Virus record (IMG/VR): IMGVR_UViG_3300016476_001289
Origin: a virus
Direction: 5' to 3' (one strand)
Length of the DNA stretch: 64,000 nt
How positions within the stretch are numbered: position 1 is the stretch's first letter; every line of letters begins with the position of its first letter. Under the pieces are notes generated by a model that made no database searches, was not told the origin of the DNA, and saw only the letters and a program-made list of their open reading frames with translations. A program made the position numbers and the translations under genes. Of this stretch, positions 21,095-31,327 are shown one piece after another.

Positions 21095-21412
21095 ATGAAT
21101 TTCAATACACTTAAAAATCTTATTAGTTCTCACACTGAATGGGAATTAGAATCTATTACTAGTAATCAAGATAGTATCCTATTTGGATTAACTCTTCCTA
21201 ATGGTCTTGAAGTATTAGCTGACTTTTCAGTTAGATCTAATGGCATTATCTCAAATATTGAGGTGAGAAAATGGGATGCGGACACTCAAGAAGAAGAGAT
21301 TCTAGTTGAAGGTAATGATGCATTCTCTAAGAATGATGATGATTTAGAAATGACTTTATTCACATGGCTTAAAAAACAAGTCCAATATGGCTTAGAAGAA
21401 ATTCAAGGATAA
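21095..21412 (+). CDS. acidic hypothetical protein, paralog of 20109..20474
   Basis: Shared C-terminal motif, SD aagga. Confidence 0.65.
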   Translation: MNFNTLKNLISSHTEWELESITSNQDSILFGLTLPNGLEVLADFSVRSNGIISNIEVRKWDADTQEEEILVEGNDAFSKNDDDLEMTLFTWLKKQVQYGLEEIQG

Positions 21413-21416
21413 GAAA

Positions 21417-22154
21417 ATGAGTCTTAAAAACGCAATTAATAAATATGGCAAAAAATTTGTTAAGAGATATACCGACCTTCCTAATTTGGAAGATCCTGTT
21501 GACAACCTAGTAGATTCAGTTGAACTTAGTGAATTTATATCTAATTGGAATGAGGAACAAAAAGATAATAAAGACCTTGTAAGAATCATCTTTCTTAACA
21601 CCTATCAAGGTTGGCAATTAAAATATGTCAGTGATAGATTAAAGAATGATAAAGATGTTGTTATTGAAGCTATCCAATCTGATGTAGCTGCGATCCCTCA
21701 TATAGGTGATTCACTAAATGATGATGATGAAGTGATTCAATTAATCACTGATCCTAATCTTTATCTTCATCAAGTATCTGGATTTATTTCTAATCCCGAA
21801 GGCTTTGGTGATCCTTATGAAATGGCAATAAAATATGCACCTAAGGAATTACTAGCATCAAAAGAATTTAGAGACCTAGTTTTTAGATTTGCTAATGGGT
21901 ATAGTAAATTTGTAGGTGAAGATAATGATATGGCTATGAATGAACCTATAAATGAAAGAATATTATCTGAGATTTTTGCTTTCTTTGATCAAGGTGAAGA
22001 TGTTCTACAATATAAACAACTGATTGTTAAAAATATGGAACAACAAGATAAGATGTTTTGTGTGTTTAAGAAAGACACAGAAGGTAATCGATATGGTCAA
22101 TTTTTAGATGGTTCAAAAATTCAATTACACACTATGAGTAAAGAAGGGATTTAG
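21417..22154 (+). CDS. DUF4116-containing protein
   Basis: LKYVSDRLKNDKDVVIEAIQ motif. Confidence 0.6.
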   Translation: MSLKNAINKYGKKFVKRYTDLPNLEDPVDNLVDSVELSEFISNWNEEQKDNKDLVRIIFLNTYQGWQLKYVSDRLKNDKDVVIEAIQSDVAAIPHIGDSLNDDDEVIQLITDPNLYLHQVSGFISNPEGFGDPYEMAIKYAPKELLASKEFRDLVFRFANGYSKFVGEDNDMAMNEPINERILSEIFAFFDQGEDVLQYKQLIVKNMEQQDKMFCVFKKDTEGNRYGQFLDGSKIQLHTMSKEGI

Positions 22155-22238
22155 TTCTTCTTTATTTATAGTGTGTTGTTTTTTTGTTTAGGGGTGTAGA
22201 AATCTAGGTATCATTATAAAATAGGGGGTAGTAGGAAA

Positions 22239-22805
22239 ATGTATAAACAATCTAGATTAGATTTACTTAAAACTTTATATAACTTAAAAAAGCCTATACA
22301 AGTTATATCTGATAATTTATTTTATGGTTATACTTATGAACAAGCTATCTTATATATAGGGAAGGACAGGGCTAAAGAGATATATAAAGTTCAACAGAGT
22401 AGAATGAGGGCATATAAGAAAGCTGATTTAAATAGAATAGGATTACACCCTGTAGAGAGTAAGAAATCGGGTGATAAGTTATATCTCTTGGTGAATGACA
22501 TGGGATATTATATATTTGATGTAGATTTAAAAGTTTTAGGGACTGATCCCCATTATGTAAAACCTAGAATAATAGGTGAAGGTGAATGGGATAGGATATG
22601 GGAAGTCATCATAAGGAATGAAGCTAGGGTGAATGAGTTTACTGATATACCTATAAAGGTAAGTTTTACTAATGAATATGGTATATATAAGGAAGGTATA
22701 TTATATGAGTTTATAGAAGTTATGGGCTGTATTGCTTACGGTTCTATTCTATCTGATGAAATAACTTATAATATCCCTATCTTTTTTCTTGACATATCCA
22801 CATAG
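22239..22805 (+). CDS. hypothetical protein
   Basis: 188-aa ORF with SD agga. Confidence 0.5.
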   Translation: MYKQSRLDLLKTLYNLKKPIQVISDNLFYGYTYEQAILYIGKDRAKEIYKVQQSRMRAYKKADLNRIGLHPVESKKSGDKLYLLVNDMGYYIFDVDLKVLGTDPHYVKPRIIGEGEWDRIWEVIIRNEARVNEFTDIPIKVSFTNEYGIYKEGILYEFIEVMGCIAYGSILSDEITYNIPIFFLDIST

Positions 22806-22817
22806 AGTGTTTATAAT
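22789..22817 (+). promoter_or_regulatory. consensus sigma70 promoter
   Basis: TTGACA (22789-22794), 17 nt, TATAAT (22812-22817). Confidence 0.8.
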
Positions 22818-22851
22818 CAATACAAACATACTAACTAGGAGAAAAAAAACG

Positions 22852-23550
22852 ATGAGTGATTTGAGAAAAAGCATAAGACAAGCGTTAACAGAAGTGATAA
22901 GTTCCTTAGAAGAAGGGGCGACAATCGAAAAGAAAGTTGCTAAGAAAATGATCCTAGAAAAATTAGGGGCAACTGATGATAAGAAGTGGGGAGTGAGTAA
23001 TGGTGGTATAAGTGTATTTCAATCAAATCTTTCAAATATTGTAGATGATATGAGAAAGAAAGGTCTATTAAGCACCCCAAGTTCAGACACCTATGGACAT
23101 CCAAATATGAGTAATTTACAAAACACAAGAAAAGCGTTTAATCCTATTGCTAAGATAGAAGAAGAACCTAAGACAAGAAAAGCGTTTAATCCTATTGCTA
23201 AGATAGTAGAAGAACCTACTAAGGTGGTGGCAGATAAACCTATATCATTTGATAATGATGATAAGATAGTCTTAATAGAAGAACCTAAGAAAGTTGTTCT
23301 CAAAAGTAAAGCAGTAGATGAAACTTCTTTATTTGAAGACTTAGATGAACCTAAGTCAGATGCTGAGAGAATATTTAGGGGTTATGTTAAAGAAAGAGGT
23401 CTTAATTTACTTAACATGGCAATCAATGACTTTGTAGGTAAAAAAGGACAAGGTGGTTGTTATGGGGATTATACACAAGGTGATGAAGCCTGTGATGGTA
23501 ATCCTAGTTGTCCTTTGAGAGGTTTCTGTAAAAAAGAAAAAGGTATGTAA
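22852..23550 (+). CDS. Mrr_N-like winged-helix protein with C-terminal Cys cluster
   Basis: GGISVFQSNLSNIVDDMRKKGLLSTPS resembles the Mrr N-terminal domain; CYG...C...CPLRGFC; SD agga before ATG 22852. Confidence 0.5.
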   Translation: MSDLRKSIRQALTEVISSLEEGATIEKKVAKKMILEKLGATDDKKWGVSNGGISVFQSNLSNIVDDMRKKGLLSTPSSDTYGHPNMSNLQNTRKAFNPIAKIEEEPKTRKAFNPIAKIVEEPTKVVADKPISFDNDDKIVLIEEPKKVVLKSKAVDETSLFEDLDEPKSDAERIFRGYVKERGLNLLNMAINDFVGKKGQGGCYGDYTQGDEACDGNPSCPLRGFCKKEKGM

Positions 23551-23588
23551 TCTATATATAGGTCTTATATATACAGGGAGATGTATAT

Positions 23589-24089
23589 ATGAAAACAACA
23601 TTTGAGAGTATGAGTAAAGAAGAAGCTGATGTTCTTCGTAAAGAGATAGCTAAAAAGATAATATATCAAAAGCAATGGGCATCACCAGATAAACCTAAAC
23701 ATATATATCATGGTAGTCCTAGTAGGATAACTCAATTTGAGTTAAGAAATCATTATTTAGCTGATGATGATGCCGTGATATTTGGGACACCAAATAGGAC
23801 ATTAGCTTTAACCTTTTTAGGATATTGGAGAGATTTTGATTTTGAGCAGAGTGTAAAGAGTGGTGTTGTATATATGAGAGAACAATACACAGGTGCTTTT
23901 GAGAAAGTGTATAAGGGTAAGAGAGGGTATATATATGAATTTGATCCAAGTACATTTGAGTGGGGGCATCAATTAAGTAGATCAGAGTTTATAAGTAGGG
24001 TTTTACCTAAGGTGTTGAGTGTAGAGGAAGTAGATGTATATAAGGAGTTAAAGAGAGAGATCGTAAAAGGGAATTTAGTTGTTTGTTAA
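23589..24089 (+). CDS. ADP-ribosyltransferase-like protein
   Basis: IYHGS...VIFGTPN...GYIYEFD pattern as in Arr/ART-fold proteins. Confidence 0.45.
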   Translation: MKTTFESMSKEEADVLRKEIAKKIIYQKQWASPDKPKHIYHGSPSRITQFELRNHYLADDDAVIFGTPNRTLALTFLGYWRDFDFEQSVKSGVVYMREQYTGAFEKVYKGKRGYIYEFDPSTFEWGHQLSRSEFISRVLPKVLSVEEVDVYKELKREIVKGNLVVC

Positions 24090-24148
24090 TTAGTTTATAT
24101 CTATGGATTATTTATAGGTGTGAAAAAACTCAATAAGGAGAAGTATAA

Positions 24149-25834
24149 ATGTCTAGATATGAGCAAGAATACGAAAAAGATATGGGATTGATAGCTACAA
24201 GACAAGCTTTATATGTAAAGCTTTTAGCTTATTGGAAGCCTGAATTACAAAGGGTACTCGCCAATACATCAATGACAACAGAAGAGAAAGTCCAATATTT
24301 ATTAGGGACTGTTGTGGCAAAAAAGATACTAACAAGTTTTGATAAAGAACCAAAGAGTTTAGAAGGTGCTTTAACAAAGTATGTTGAGACACAAGACGAG
24401 AAGGTCTTATTAAACAGAATCACAGCACTTGCCGAATCAGCAACAGAAAAGCAACAGTTAAGTAAAGCTAGAAGTAACTTAACTTCTATCGTTCCTGAAA
24501 AGATTTTGGGATATTTACCTACAAATTTAGTAGTGAATACAGATCCACAAGGTCAAATACTTGATGTCTATACAAGATTTGCTAATAAAGAAAAGAATCT
24601 TGGGATTAAGATTGAAAAACAAAAAGCGTTTATGAAAGTAAAGAGTCGTTTTGAAGCAATCTTAAATAATCAAATGCGGTCAAACGATCCAAAAACAAGA
24701 ATGAAAGCTTTAATTATAGCTATTATGTATGAAACAGGAGTAAGACCAGGTGAAGTAGGTAAGGGACATTCTACTGTAACTCAAAGATATGAGATGGTAA
24801 ATGGCGTTAAAGTAAAATTAGAAGAACCTATCGTAGAAGAATTTGATACTTTTGGTGCTATCAGTTTACTACCTGAACATATTAAGATCATTAATGGTGT
24901 CGCCAATTTAGTCTTTCATGGTAAAGCAGGTACGGTTAATAAAGCTCATATTAGCAATATGGAATTAAATAAACAGTTGATAGAAGTAGTAAAGAAATTT
25001 GTAGGATCACAAAATACACCTCTATTTTCAGTAGATGGTACAATCTTTACACAAGCCACTTTAACAGAGTATTATAAAAAGTTATTGGAAGCTGCAGGTT
25101 TTCCTGAAAGTGAAACCAAAGGTCATACTTTAACAGATATGAGAAAACTCAAATCTTCTACCACCTTACATCAAGCTTTATTAGATGAAAAAGAAGATTT
25201 AAATGAGAAGCTCCTTGAAATTGAAGATATCTATTCAGATAAAGCTTTGAAGCAAATTCAAAAAGTAATTGTAGAGTCTTTAGAGAGAGCATTTACTAAA
25301 TCAGAAACAGCTTTAAACCATACTACTATGAGTATGACTATTAATAGTTATATCAATCCTAAAATTTTATTAAACTATTTCCAAAACTCAGGTGATATTG
25401 ATGAGAGTTTTGCTGATATTATTGAAAATGATGGTATCTTGAAATTTAATCTAAGAGATTTTGTAAATCAAGCTTCTTATAGTCGTTTTGTAAATAATGA
25501 AGGTTGGAAGCCTGCTGTTGAATCAGGTTATTTAGGTATGTCTCGTGAAGAAAAGCTTGAAGATGATGAATTGGCTAAACAATATAGTCCTCTTTCAGGT
25601 TATAGAATGGCTAAATTGAATAAGAAGGTGATTGTAGTAGATCGTATTGAAGGCAATAAAGTTGTCTGTAGCTATGGTCGTTCTACTTTCATTATGCCTT
25701 TAATGGCTTTACCTGTAGGTGTTAAAGAAGGTATGTCTTTAGAAATTAACTTAAAACCTATCAATACTAAATTTGTAAAAAATAAACTTAACCAAGTAGC
25801 TGTTATGGATAGTGGTGATACTTTTCATATATAA
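24149..25834 (+). CDS. type IB topoisomerase-fold protein 1 with C-terminal DUF3006-like domain
   Basis: ETGVRPG, FGAISLLPEHI, FHGKAG, TDMRK, NHTTMSMTINSYINP (R-K-R-H-Y); C-terminal VVDRIEGNKVVC...LPVGVKEGMSL. Confidence 0.8.
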   Translation: MSRYEQEYEKDMGLIATRQALYVKLLAYWKPELQRVLANTSMTTEEKVQYLLGTVVAKKILTSFDKEPKSLEGALTKYVETQDEKVLLNRITALAESATEKQQLSKARSNLTSIVPEKILGYLPTNLVVNTDPQGQILDVYTRFANKEKNLGIKIEKQKAFMKVKSRFEAILNNQMRSNDPKTRMKALIIAIMYETGVRPGEVGKGHSTVTQRYEMVNGVKVKLEEPIVEEFDTFGAISLLPEHIKIINGVANLVFHGKAGTVNKAHISNMELNKQLIEVVKKFVGSQNTPLFSVDGTIFTQATLTEYYKKLLEAAGFPESETKGHTLTDMRKLKSSTTLHQALLDEKEDLNEKLLEIEDIYSDKALKQIQKVIVESLERAFTKSETALNHTTMSMTINSYINPKILLNYFQNSGDIDESFADIIENDGILKFNLRDFVNQASYSRFVNNEGWKPAVESGYLGMSREEKLEDDELAKQYSPLSGYRMAKLNKKVIVVDRIEGNKVVCSYGRSTFIMPLMALPVGVKEGMSLEINLKPINTKFVKNKLNQVAVMDSGDTFHI

Positions 25835-25890
25835 TATATTTATAGATAACTCTCTTATAGATTTATAAAACTTATGAGAGGGATAACATT

Positions 25891-28800
25891 ATGAGATACA
25901 ATAGATTTGCTACCGAACCTAAAAAAACTACTCCTGGGTGGTCTCGAAAAGAAGATGTTCAAGAAAAATATGACTCAGGACAAGTTGCTGAATACGAAAA
26001 AAACAAACAAGAACTAGATGCCCAAGTTCAAGAGTTGTTTGATGAATTTATTGAACTCTTTACAGATGAAAAAGAAACTCTAAAGAAGTTTATTGAATTA
26101 ACACCTACTGAAGAAAACACTAGTAATGATGAACTCACTGAAGATGATGAATATCGTATCTTCTTATCAGGTGTAATGAGTGAACCACCTAAATTTAAAA
26201 ACTTAAATCACCAACCTTATGACTCTGATGCTGTTAAAAAGAAAAAAGATCAAGTTCGTAAAGTTCTAAGTGATGAATCCACCCGTTCTTTCTTTAGACT
26301 CCTACTAGACAAAGTCTCAGAAGAAGAGTTTAAGAAAACTTACTTAAATGGTGAATATAGAAATGCTAGTTTAAGAAAAAGAGCAGCCTTAGATAAGACT
26401 ACTGAATTGGAATTAGTTAAGAATGGGGTTAATAAACCTACTACTCTTATGGTATTAGAAACCGACTCAGAAGATGTTAAAGTAGCAAAAAATTTCATTA
26501 AGAGTATCTTAGCGGATCATAGTGAAATTCTTGAATGGGCTGTAGGTGAAGGTGACGAGACTTTAAGTGAAGAATATTTTACTATCAAGAAAGACATACT
26601 AGGAGATTTAAGTAATCTTGATCAAGAAAATAAAAAGATAGATCAAGAAATTGAAAAAGAGGTTCTTAAATCTCATATAGAAAATACAGAAATTCCTAAT
26701 GATGAGAAAGAAGTAATAAAACAAAATATTCTTATTGATATGAATTCTGAAAAGCATGAAAGAAATCAAGAAGAAGAAAAAGAAGAAAAAGAAGAAGAAA
26801 AGGAAGAAGAACCCATTTCTTATAATCTAACACATATAGATAAACTTCTACTTAAAAAAGTAGGGGTAGAAAACTTACCTCTCGATTATACTACTTCCCT
26901 CACTGAAGAACAGAAAAAAACACTTCTTTCAGATAAGAATAAGACTAGTAAAAAGTTTATCAATATTGTTAAAGATTTAACTAAAAAGAAATATGATCTT
27001 CCTTATATAGAGGGAGCTAAAGAAGTCCATAAAAAAGTAGATTTTGCAGAAGTTTGTTTTATTGCTATTACTAAGATAGAAGATGAAATAACTGTTAATG
27101 CAGCTAATAAGATTGTTGCTAATAAGACAGATGTTAGCAAAATGAATAATTGGAATTGGATCGATATTGAGTATTGTGTTTTACAATACAAAACAATCTT
27201 AGGTAGCGACCTTACAGAATATGAACAAGTATTAAAAGACATCTTTATAGATCAAGGTATTAACACCTTTATTAAAGCAGAAAAAGAAGAAAAGAAAAAG
27301 ATAGAAGATTTAAAAGAAGAATCTAAAAAATTCACCGATAGAATTAAAGAAATTAAGACTAAATACTTATCAGGTAATGCTTATAGAACATCTAGGTTAT
27401 CTAAGAGTATAGATGAGGAAGTAGTAAAAGAAAGAGAATCCGCTTTAAATAAAAAACAAAAAGGTGAAGATTTAAATCTTTTAGATCAATTCTATATTGA
27501 GCGTATAGAATTAGAAGAAAAATGGGAAGCTTCTTATAAGTTAAGAGTAAATAAAGGTTGGATTGAGAATATCCAAAAGAAGTTATCTAAGGGTACACAA
27601 ATTACAGATAAAGACACTTTAGATTCTATTAAAGAAAATATAGATGACAATAATGTTCTTACACTTGAAGAAAAAGAAGCACTTAAATTAAAAATAGATA
27701 ATGGTGAGATATTAACAGAGACGGAAATATCTTATATTGACCCTGCTGTTAAAGCACTTCAAAGACAACCATTAAGTGAAAAAGAAATAGAAATACTTAA
27801 AAACAAAGTAGATAATAGTTCAGATAAAGAGAAGATTACAAAACTTAAAAACAATCCTGAAGCAGTACTCGCTACCAATAAAAAAGAATTATCTGAAGCT
27901 AAGAAGAAACAAACACAAAAGAAAAACTTAACTGATTTTGAAAAAGAACTACTTCACCACGATAAAGTAGTTAAAGAAAAAGCAAAAGCAGACGCTCCTT
28001 TATCTAAACTCTCTATCTTCATAGAGAAATGTAAAAAAGACCCTAAGATTCATCAATTCTTCCAAAAAGCCTTATGTGCTAATAAGGTGAAAGACTTCGA
28101 TTCTTATCAAAAGAAAGTCTTACATGAAGTTTATTCTATGATTGCTAATGAAAGTAAAGAAGAAGTAGTAGCAAGAAATAAAGATCGTATTAAGTTCCTT
28201 ATTGGTGAAGCCACCAAAGAATGTAATATGAGAGATAAGAGACAAAACTTACATGAAACTTTAGCTAAATATAAAGATGCTGATGGTGCTACTCTCTTAG
28301 ATTTCCTCCCTAATAATATGATTGTTGAAGTTGATGATACAGGAACTATTAATAAACTCTTCTCTATGTATGATAACAAGCTATCTGATCTTAAAGATAA
28401 AATTGATATACAAGAAAACCTAATGGATAAATTTGAACTTGTTAAAGACAAAATCTATTTTGATCTTAAACAAAAACCATCCGGTGATCCTACAACCGAT
28501 TCAGAATCTTACATGATTGTTAAAAAGAATCTCTTATCTCTTATTGCTGCTATCGCCCTTGAAACAGGTCTTCGTCCTGCTCCTGTTAAAAACTTAAAAG
28601 ACGAATCAGGTGAAGACTTTGGTGATGAAGCAGGTGGTATGTCTTATAAGAAAACCTTAAAGAAAGACTTAACAGATGAAGGTAAAAAACAATATGAAAA
28701 GAATCTTATAGAGACTTATGGTATTGCTACACTTAAACCTGAACATATTAAATTCTTTGAAAAGAGTCTATCCGCTAATTTAAAGTTCTATGGTAAAAGA

Positions 28801-29484
28801 GGTGTAGAAAATGCTTCTAAATTAACACAACCTGAACTTGTTAAAGAACTTGAAAAATTAGTTAATGTCGCTTCAGGTAATATAGGTGGGCCTAAATCCC
28901 TATTCGTATTACCTAATGGCAAATTAGTCAATAACACCGATATTGTTGTTTACTTCGAGTCTCTTGCACATAAAGCTGGTCTTAAACGATTAAAGATCAC
29001 CGACTTCCGTAAACTCAAAGCCGTTTCTACTATTCACCAATCTCTATTGCAACAACAAGGTTACTTGTATAAACAAATTGCTAAACTAAAAGCTATTGAA
29101 ACTGAAGCTGCTAAAGTTAAAATCGCAGAACTCGTTATGGAAACCGTTGATAAAGCTTATAAAGACGCACAAAAAGCTTTATCACACTCTTCCGTTAATG
29201 AAACTATTAATAGCTATGTTAATCCTAAACTACTCCTTAACTTCTTGTCTTCCGGTGGTGTAGAAACAGCTATTGAAAAAGCCCTTGAAAGTAAAACTTC
29301 TCTCAAATTCGATCCCGAAGTATTTATGGTTCAAGCCCTTGCTTATACGGGTGTTGATCTCGAAAGTGCTCCCAACTCACTAGATAAAAAAGACCAAGCT
29401 ATCCTAGATAAAACAGAAGATAATATCTTTAAGAAGATTCTCACTATGGGTAAAGAATTCCTATCTAAATTTGCAAGGAAATAA
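25891..29484 (+). CDS. type IB topoisomerase-fold protein 2 with about 780-aa charged N-terminal extension
   Basis: ETGLRP, YGIATLKPEHI, FYGKRG, TDFRK, SHSSVNETINSYVNP. Confidence 0.8.
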   Translation: MRYNRFATEPKKTTPGWSRKEDVQEKYDSGQVAEYEKNKQELDAQVQELFDEFIELFTDEKETLKKFIELTPTEENTSNDELTEDDEYRIFLSGVMSEPPKFKNLNHQPYDSDAVKKKKDQVRKVLSDESTRSFFRLLLDKVSEEEFKKTYLNGEYRNASLRKRAALDKTTELELVKNGVNKPTTLMVLETDSEDVKVAKNFIKSILADHSEILEWAVGEGDETLSEEYFTIKKDILGDLSNLDQENKKIDQEIEKEVLKSHIENTEIPNDEKEVIKQNILIDMNSEKHERNQEEEKEEKEEEKEEEPISYNLTHIDKLLLKKVGVENLPLDYTTSLTEEQKKTLLSDKNKTSKKFINIVKDLTKKKYDLPYIEGAKEVHKKVDFAEVCFIAITKIEDEITVNAANKIVANKTDVSKMNNWNWIDIEYCVLQYKTILGSDLTEYEQVLKDIFIDQGINTFIKAEKEEKKKIEDLKEESKKFTDRIKEIKTKYLSGNAYRTSRLSKSIDEEVVKERESALNKKQKGEDLNLLDQFYIERIELEEKWEASYKLRVNKGWIENIQKKLSKGTQITDKDTLDSIKENIDDNNVLTLEEKEALKLKIDNGEILTETEISYIDPAVKALQRQPLSEKEIEILKNKVDNSSDKEKITKLKNNPEAVLATNKKELSEAKKKQTQKKNLTDFEKELLHHDKVVKEKAKADAPLSKLSIFIEKCKKDPKIHQFFQKALCANKVKDFDSYQKKVLHEVYSMIANESKEEVVARNKDRIKFLIGEATKECNMRDKRQNLHETLAKYKDADGATLLDFLPNNMIVEVDDTGTINKLFSMYDNKLSDLKDKIDIQENLMDKFELVKDKIYFDLKQKPSGDPTTDSESYMIVKKNLLSLIAAIALETGLRPAPVKNLKDESGEDFGDEAGGMSYKKTLKKDLTDEGKKQYEKNLIETYGIATLKPEHIKFFEKSLSANLKFYGKRGVENASKLTQPELVKELEKLVNVASGNIGGPKSLFVLPNGKLVNNTDIVVYFESLAHKAGLKRLKITDFRKLKAVSTIHQSLLQQQGYLYKQIAKLKAIETEAAKVKIAELVMETVDKAYKDAQKALSHSSVNETINSYVNPKLLLNFLSSGGVETAIEKALESKTSLKFDPEVFMVQALAYTGVDLESAPNSLDKKDQAILDKTEDNIFKKILTMGKEFLSKFARK

Positions 29485-29488
29485 GTAA

Positions 29489-31327
29489 ATGAATCCTACT
29501 CTCTCTGAATATATTGATTTAGCTAAAGATACTTTACTCAGTATTATCACCCAAGCTAAACCCCTTGTTAAGAAATCTGATACCCCCAGAGCCCTTACCG
29601 CTCTTCTTAAGACTAAAACTTTCTTTAAGTCTTTTGTTAAACAATTTGGTGGTAAAGATAATATCGACTCAAGAACTAATACTCTCTCTTATATCGTTAG
29701 AGATGCCCTCTATGATAAGTCTTTTGACCTCACCTCTAAACTCATAGAACTTGAGTCTTTTCTCAGAAAGACTTATAGAGAAACCTATCCTGAAGATTTA
29801 GCTACTAAACAAAAACTTAAAGAACAAAAAGCTAAAGAATTTGAAAAAGATGTTAAGGGTGCTGTCCAAGCTCAAACTAAAGCTAAGAAAGAATATCTTA
29901 ATATCTTCACCTCTATGGCTACTACTCTTAAAGCAGAAGCTTCTAAAGCAAGTGAACCTCGTGCTTTCACAGCTATACTCAAAATCTACGCTTCTAAAAA
30001 TGATAACCTTATAGGTAAATTTGTCGCTGACTATTTTGAAGGCTCAGATAACCAATCTAGTAGGGTGAATACTTTTATCTATACTATTAGAGATATGTTC
30101 TTTAAACCTACACCTAAACCTGGTACTTCTTTACCTTCTACACCTAGTGAATGGTATGATCTTAAATTAGCAGGTATTGTTAAGTCTTCCCATAAGAGTA
30201 AAATACTTAATGATGAAAGAGATGCTATTGAATCAGCTTTACCTAAAACTTTTCTTAAGTTCCTACCTAAAACCCTTATTGTTGAAGTTGATAAAAATAA
30301 AAAGATCACAGGTCTTAAATCTAAATTCGCTGAGAAATTAGATGACATCGGTTCTAAAATAGAAAGACAAAAATTACTACTTCAAGGTCTTACTAAACTT
30401 GAAACTAAGGTGAAAAAAGATTTAGTATCACCTGACCATGATACTAAAATGAAAGCACTTCTTGTTTATCTTATGCTCGATACAGGTATCAGACCAGGTG
30501 ATGAAGATAATAAAGTTAAACTTAAAGATATTGATTTAGATGACCTTGAAGAAGGTGAAGAAGTAGATCAATATCTTGAAACCTATGGTGCTACTACTCT
30601 TAATAAACACCATATACAATTCATCAGAGATAATTATGTGTCTTTAGAATTTATAGGTAAAAAAGGTGTTATCAATATCGCTAATATCAGTGATGTTGTT
30701 TTAGCTAAAGCACTTAAAGACCTCGTAGATAAAACTAAGTCTAATAAAAAGAGTAATTATCTTTTCTTAGATAGTGAAGGCAAAGTCTTTAGCCAACCTA
30801 AAGTCACTGAATACCTTAGATCTATTATCCCCGGTCTTAATCTCACCGACTTCAGAAAACTCAAATCTACAAGAGTCCTACTTGAAGCACTTAGACAAAA
30901 ACAAGAAATGATTACTGGTATGATATACGACATCACACAAGATCAAGTTGCTGATGTTAAAGGTGAAATCGTTGATGTTATTGCTGATGTTGTTGAACAA
31001 GCTTATAAAGAATCTGTTAAAGCACTCAGCCACCAAAGTATGAATACCACCATTAAATCCTATATTAATCCACAAGTCATTTTAAACTTCCTAGCCACAG
31101 GCAAAGTCGCTGATAAAATTGAAGATATTGTATTTAAAGATCAAAAACTCGTCTTTGATCCCCAAGTCTTTATCACCCAAGCTTTAGCTTATGGATCAGC
31201 TACTGAACAACTCTACGGCAAAGAAGATTATACTAGTTTAGATGACTCTGGTAACAATATGCTTAAAAAAGCTTCTATACGATTGAGCTTTATACTCTCT
31301 AGATTCTTATCTAATGCCTTTATATAA
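29489..31327 (+). CDS. type IB topoisomerase-fold protein 3
   Basis: DTGIRPG, YGATTLNKHHI, FIGKKG, TDFRK, SHQSMNTTIKSYINP; duplicated N-terminal module (PRALTA...SRTNT / PRAFTA...SRVNT). Confidence 0.8.
   Translation: MNPTLSEYIDLAKDTLLSIITQAKPLVKKSDTPRALTALLKTKTFFKSFVKQFGGKDNIDSRTNTLSYIVRDALYDKSFDLTSKLIELESFLRKTYRETYPEDLATKQKLKEQKAKEFEKDVKGAVQAQTKAKKEYLNIFTSMATTLKAEASKASEPRAFTAILKIYASKNDNLIGKFVADYFEGSDNQSSRVNTFIYTIRDMFFKPTPKPGTSLPSTPSEWYDLKLAGIVKSSHKSKILNDERDAIESALPKTFLKFLPKTLIVEVDKNKKITGLKSKFAEKLDDIGSKIERQKLLLQGLTKLETKVKKDLVSPDHDTKMKALLVYLMLDTGIRPGDEDNKVKLKDIDLDDLEEGEEVDQYLETYGATTLNKHHIQFIRDNYVSLEFIGKKGVINIANISDVVLAKALKDLVDKTKSNKKSNYLFLDSEGKVFSQPKVTEYLRSIIPGLNLTDFRKLKSTRVLLEALRQKQEMITGMIYDITQDQVADVKGEIVDVIADVVEQAYKESVKALSHQSMNTTIKSYINPQVILNFLATGKVADKIEDIVFKDQKLVFDPQVFITQALAYGSATEQLYGKEDYTSLDDSGNNMLKKASIRLSFILSRFLSNAFI

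Noticed and set aside
130-25870. Shared late-promoter motif (AATAG/T...TAT) upstream of 193, 8310, 24149 and 25891
   Set aside because: Too degenerate to distinguish from AT-rich background by eye
24149-31327. Calling the trio integrases or protelomerases
   Set aside because: G..TL...HI, F.GK.G and SY.NP motifs fit Topo IB better; no HxLR integrase box or TGRR..E protelomerase box. Recombinase activity remains only a hypothesis.
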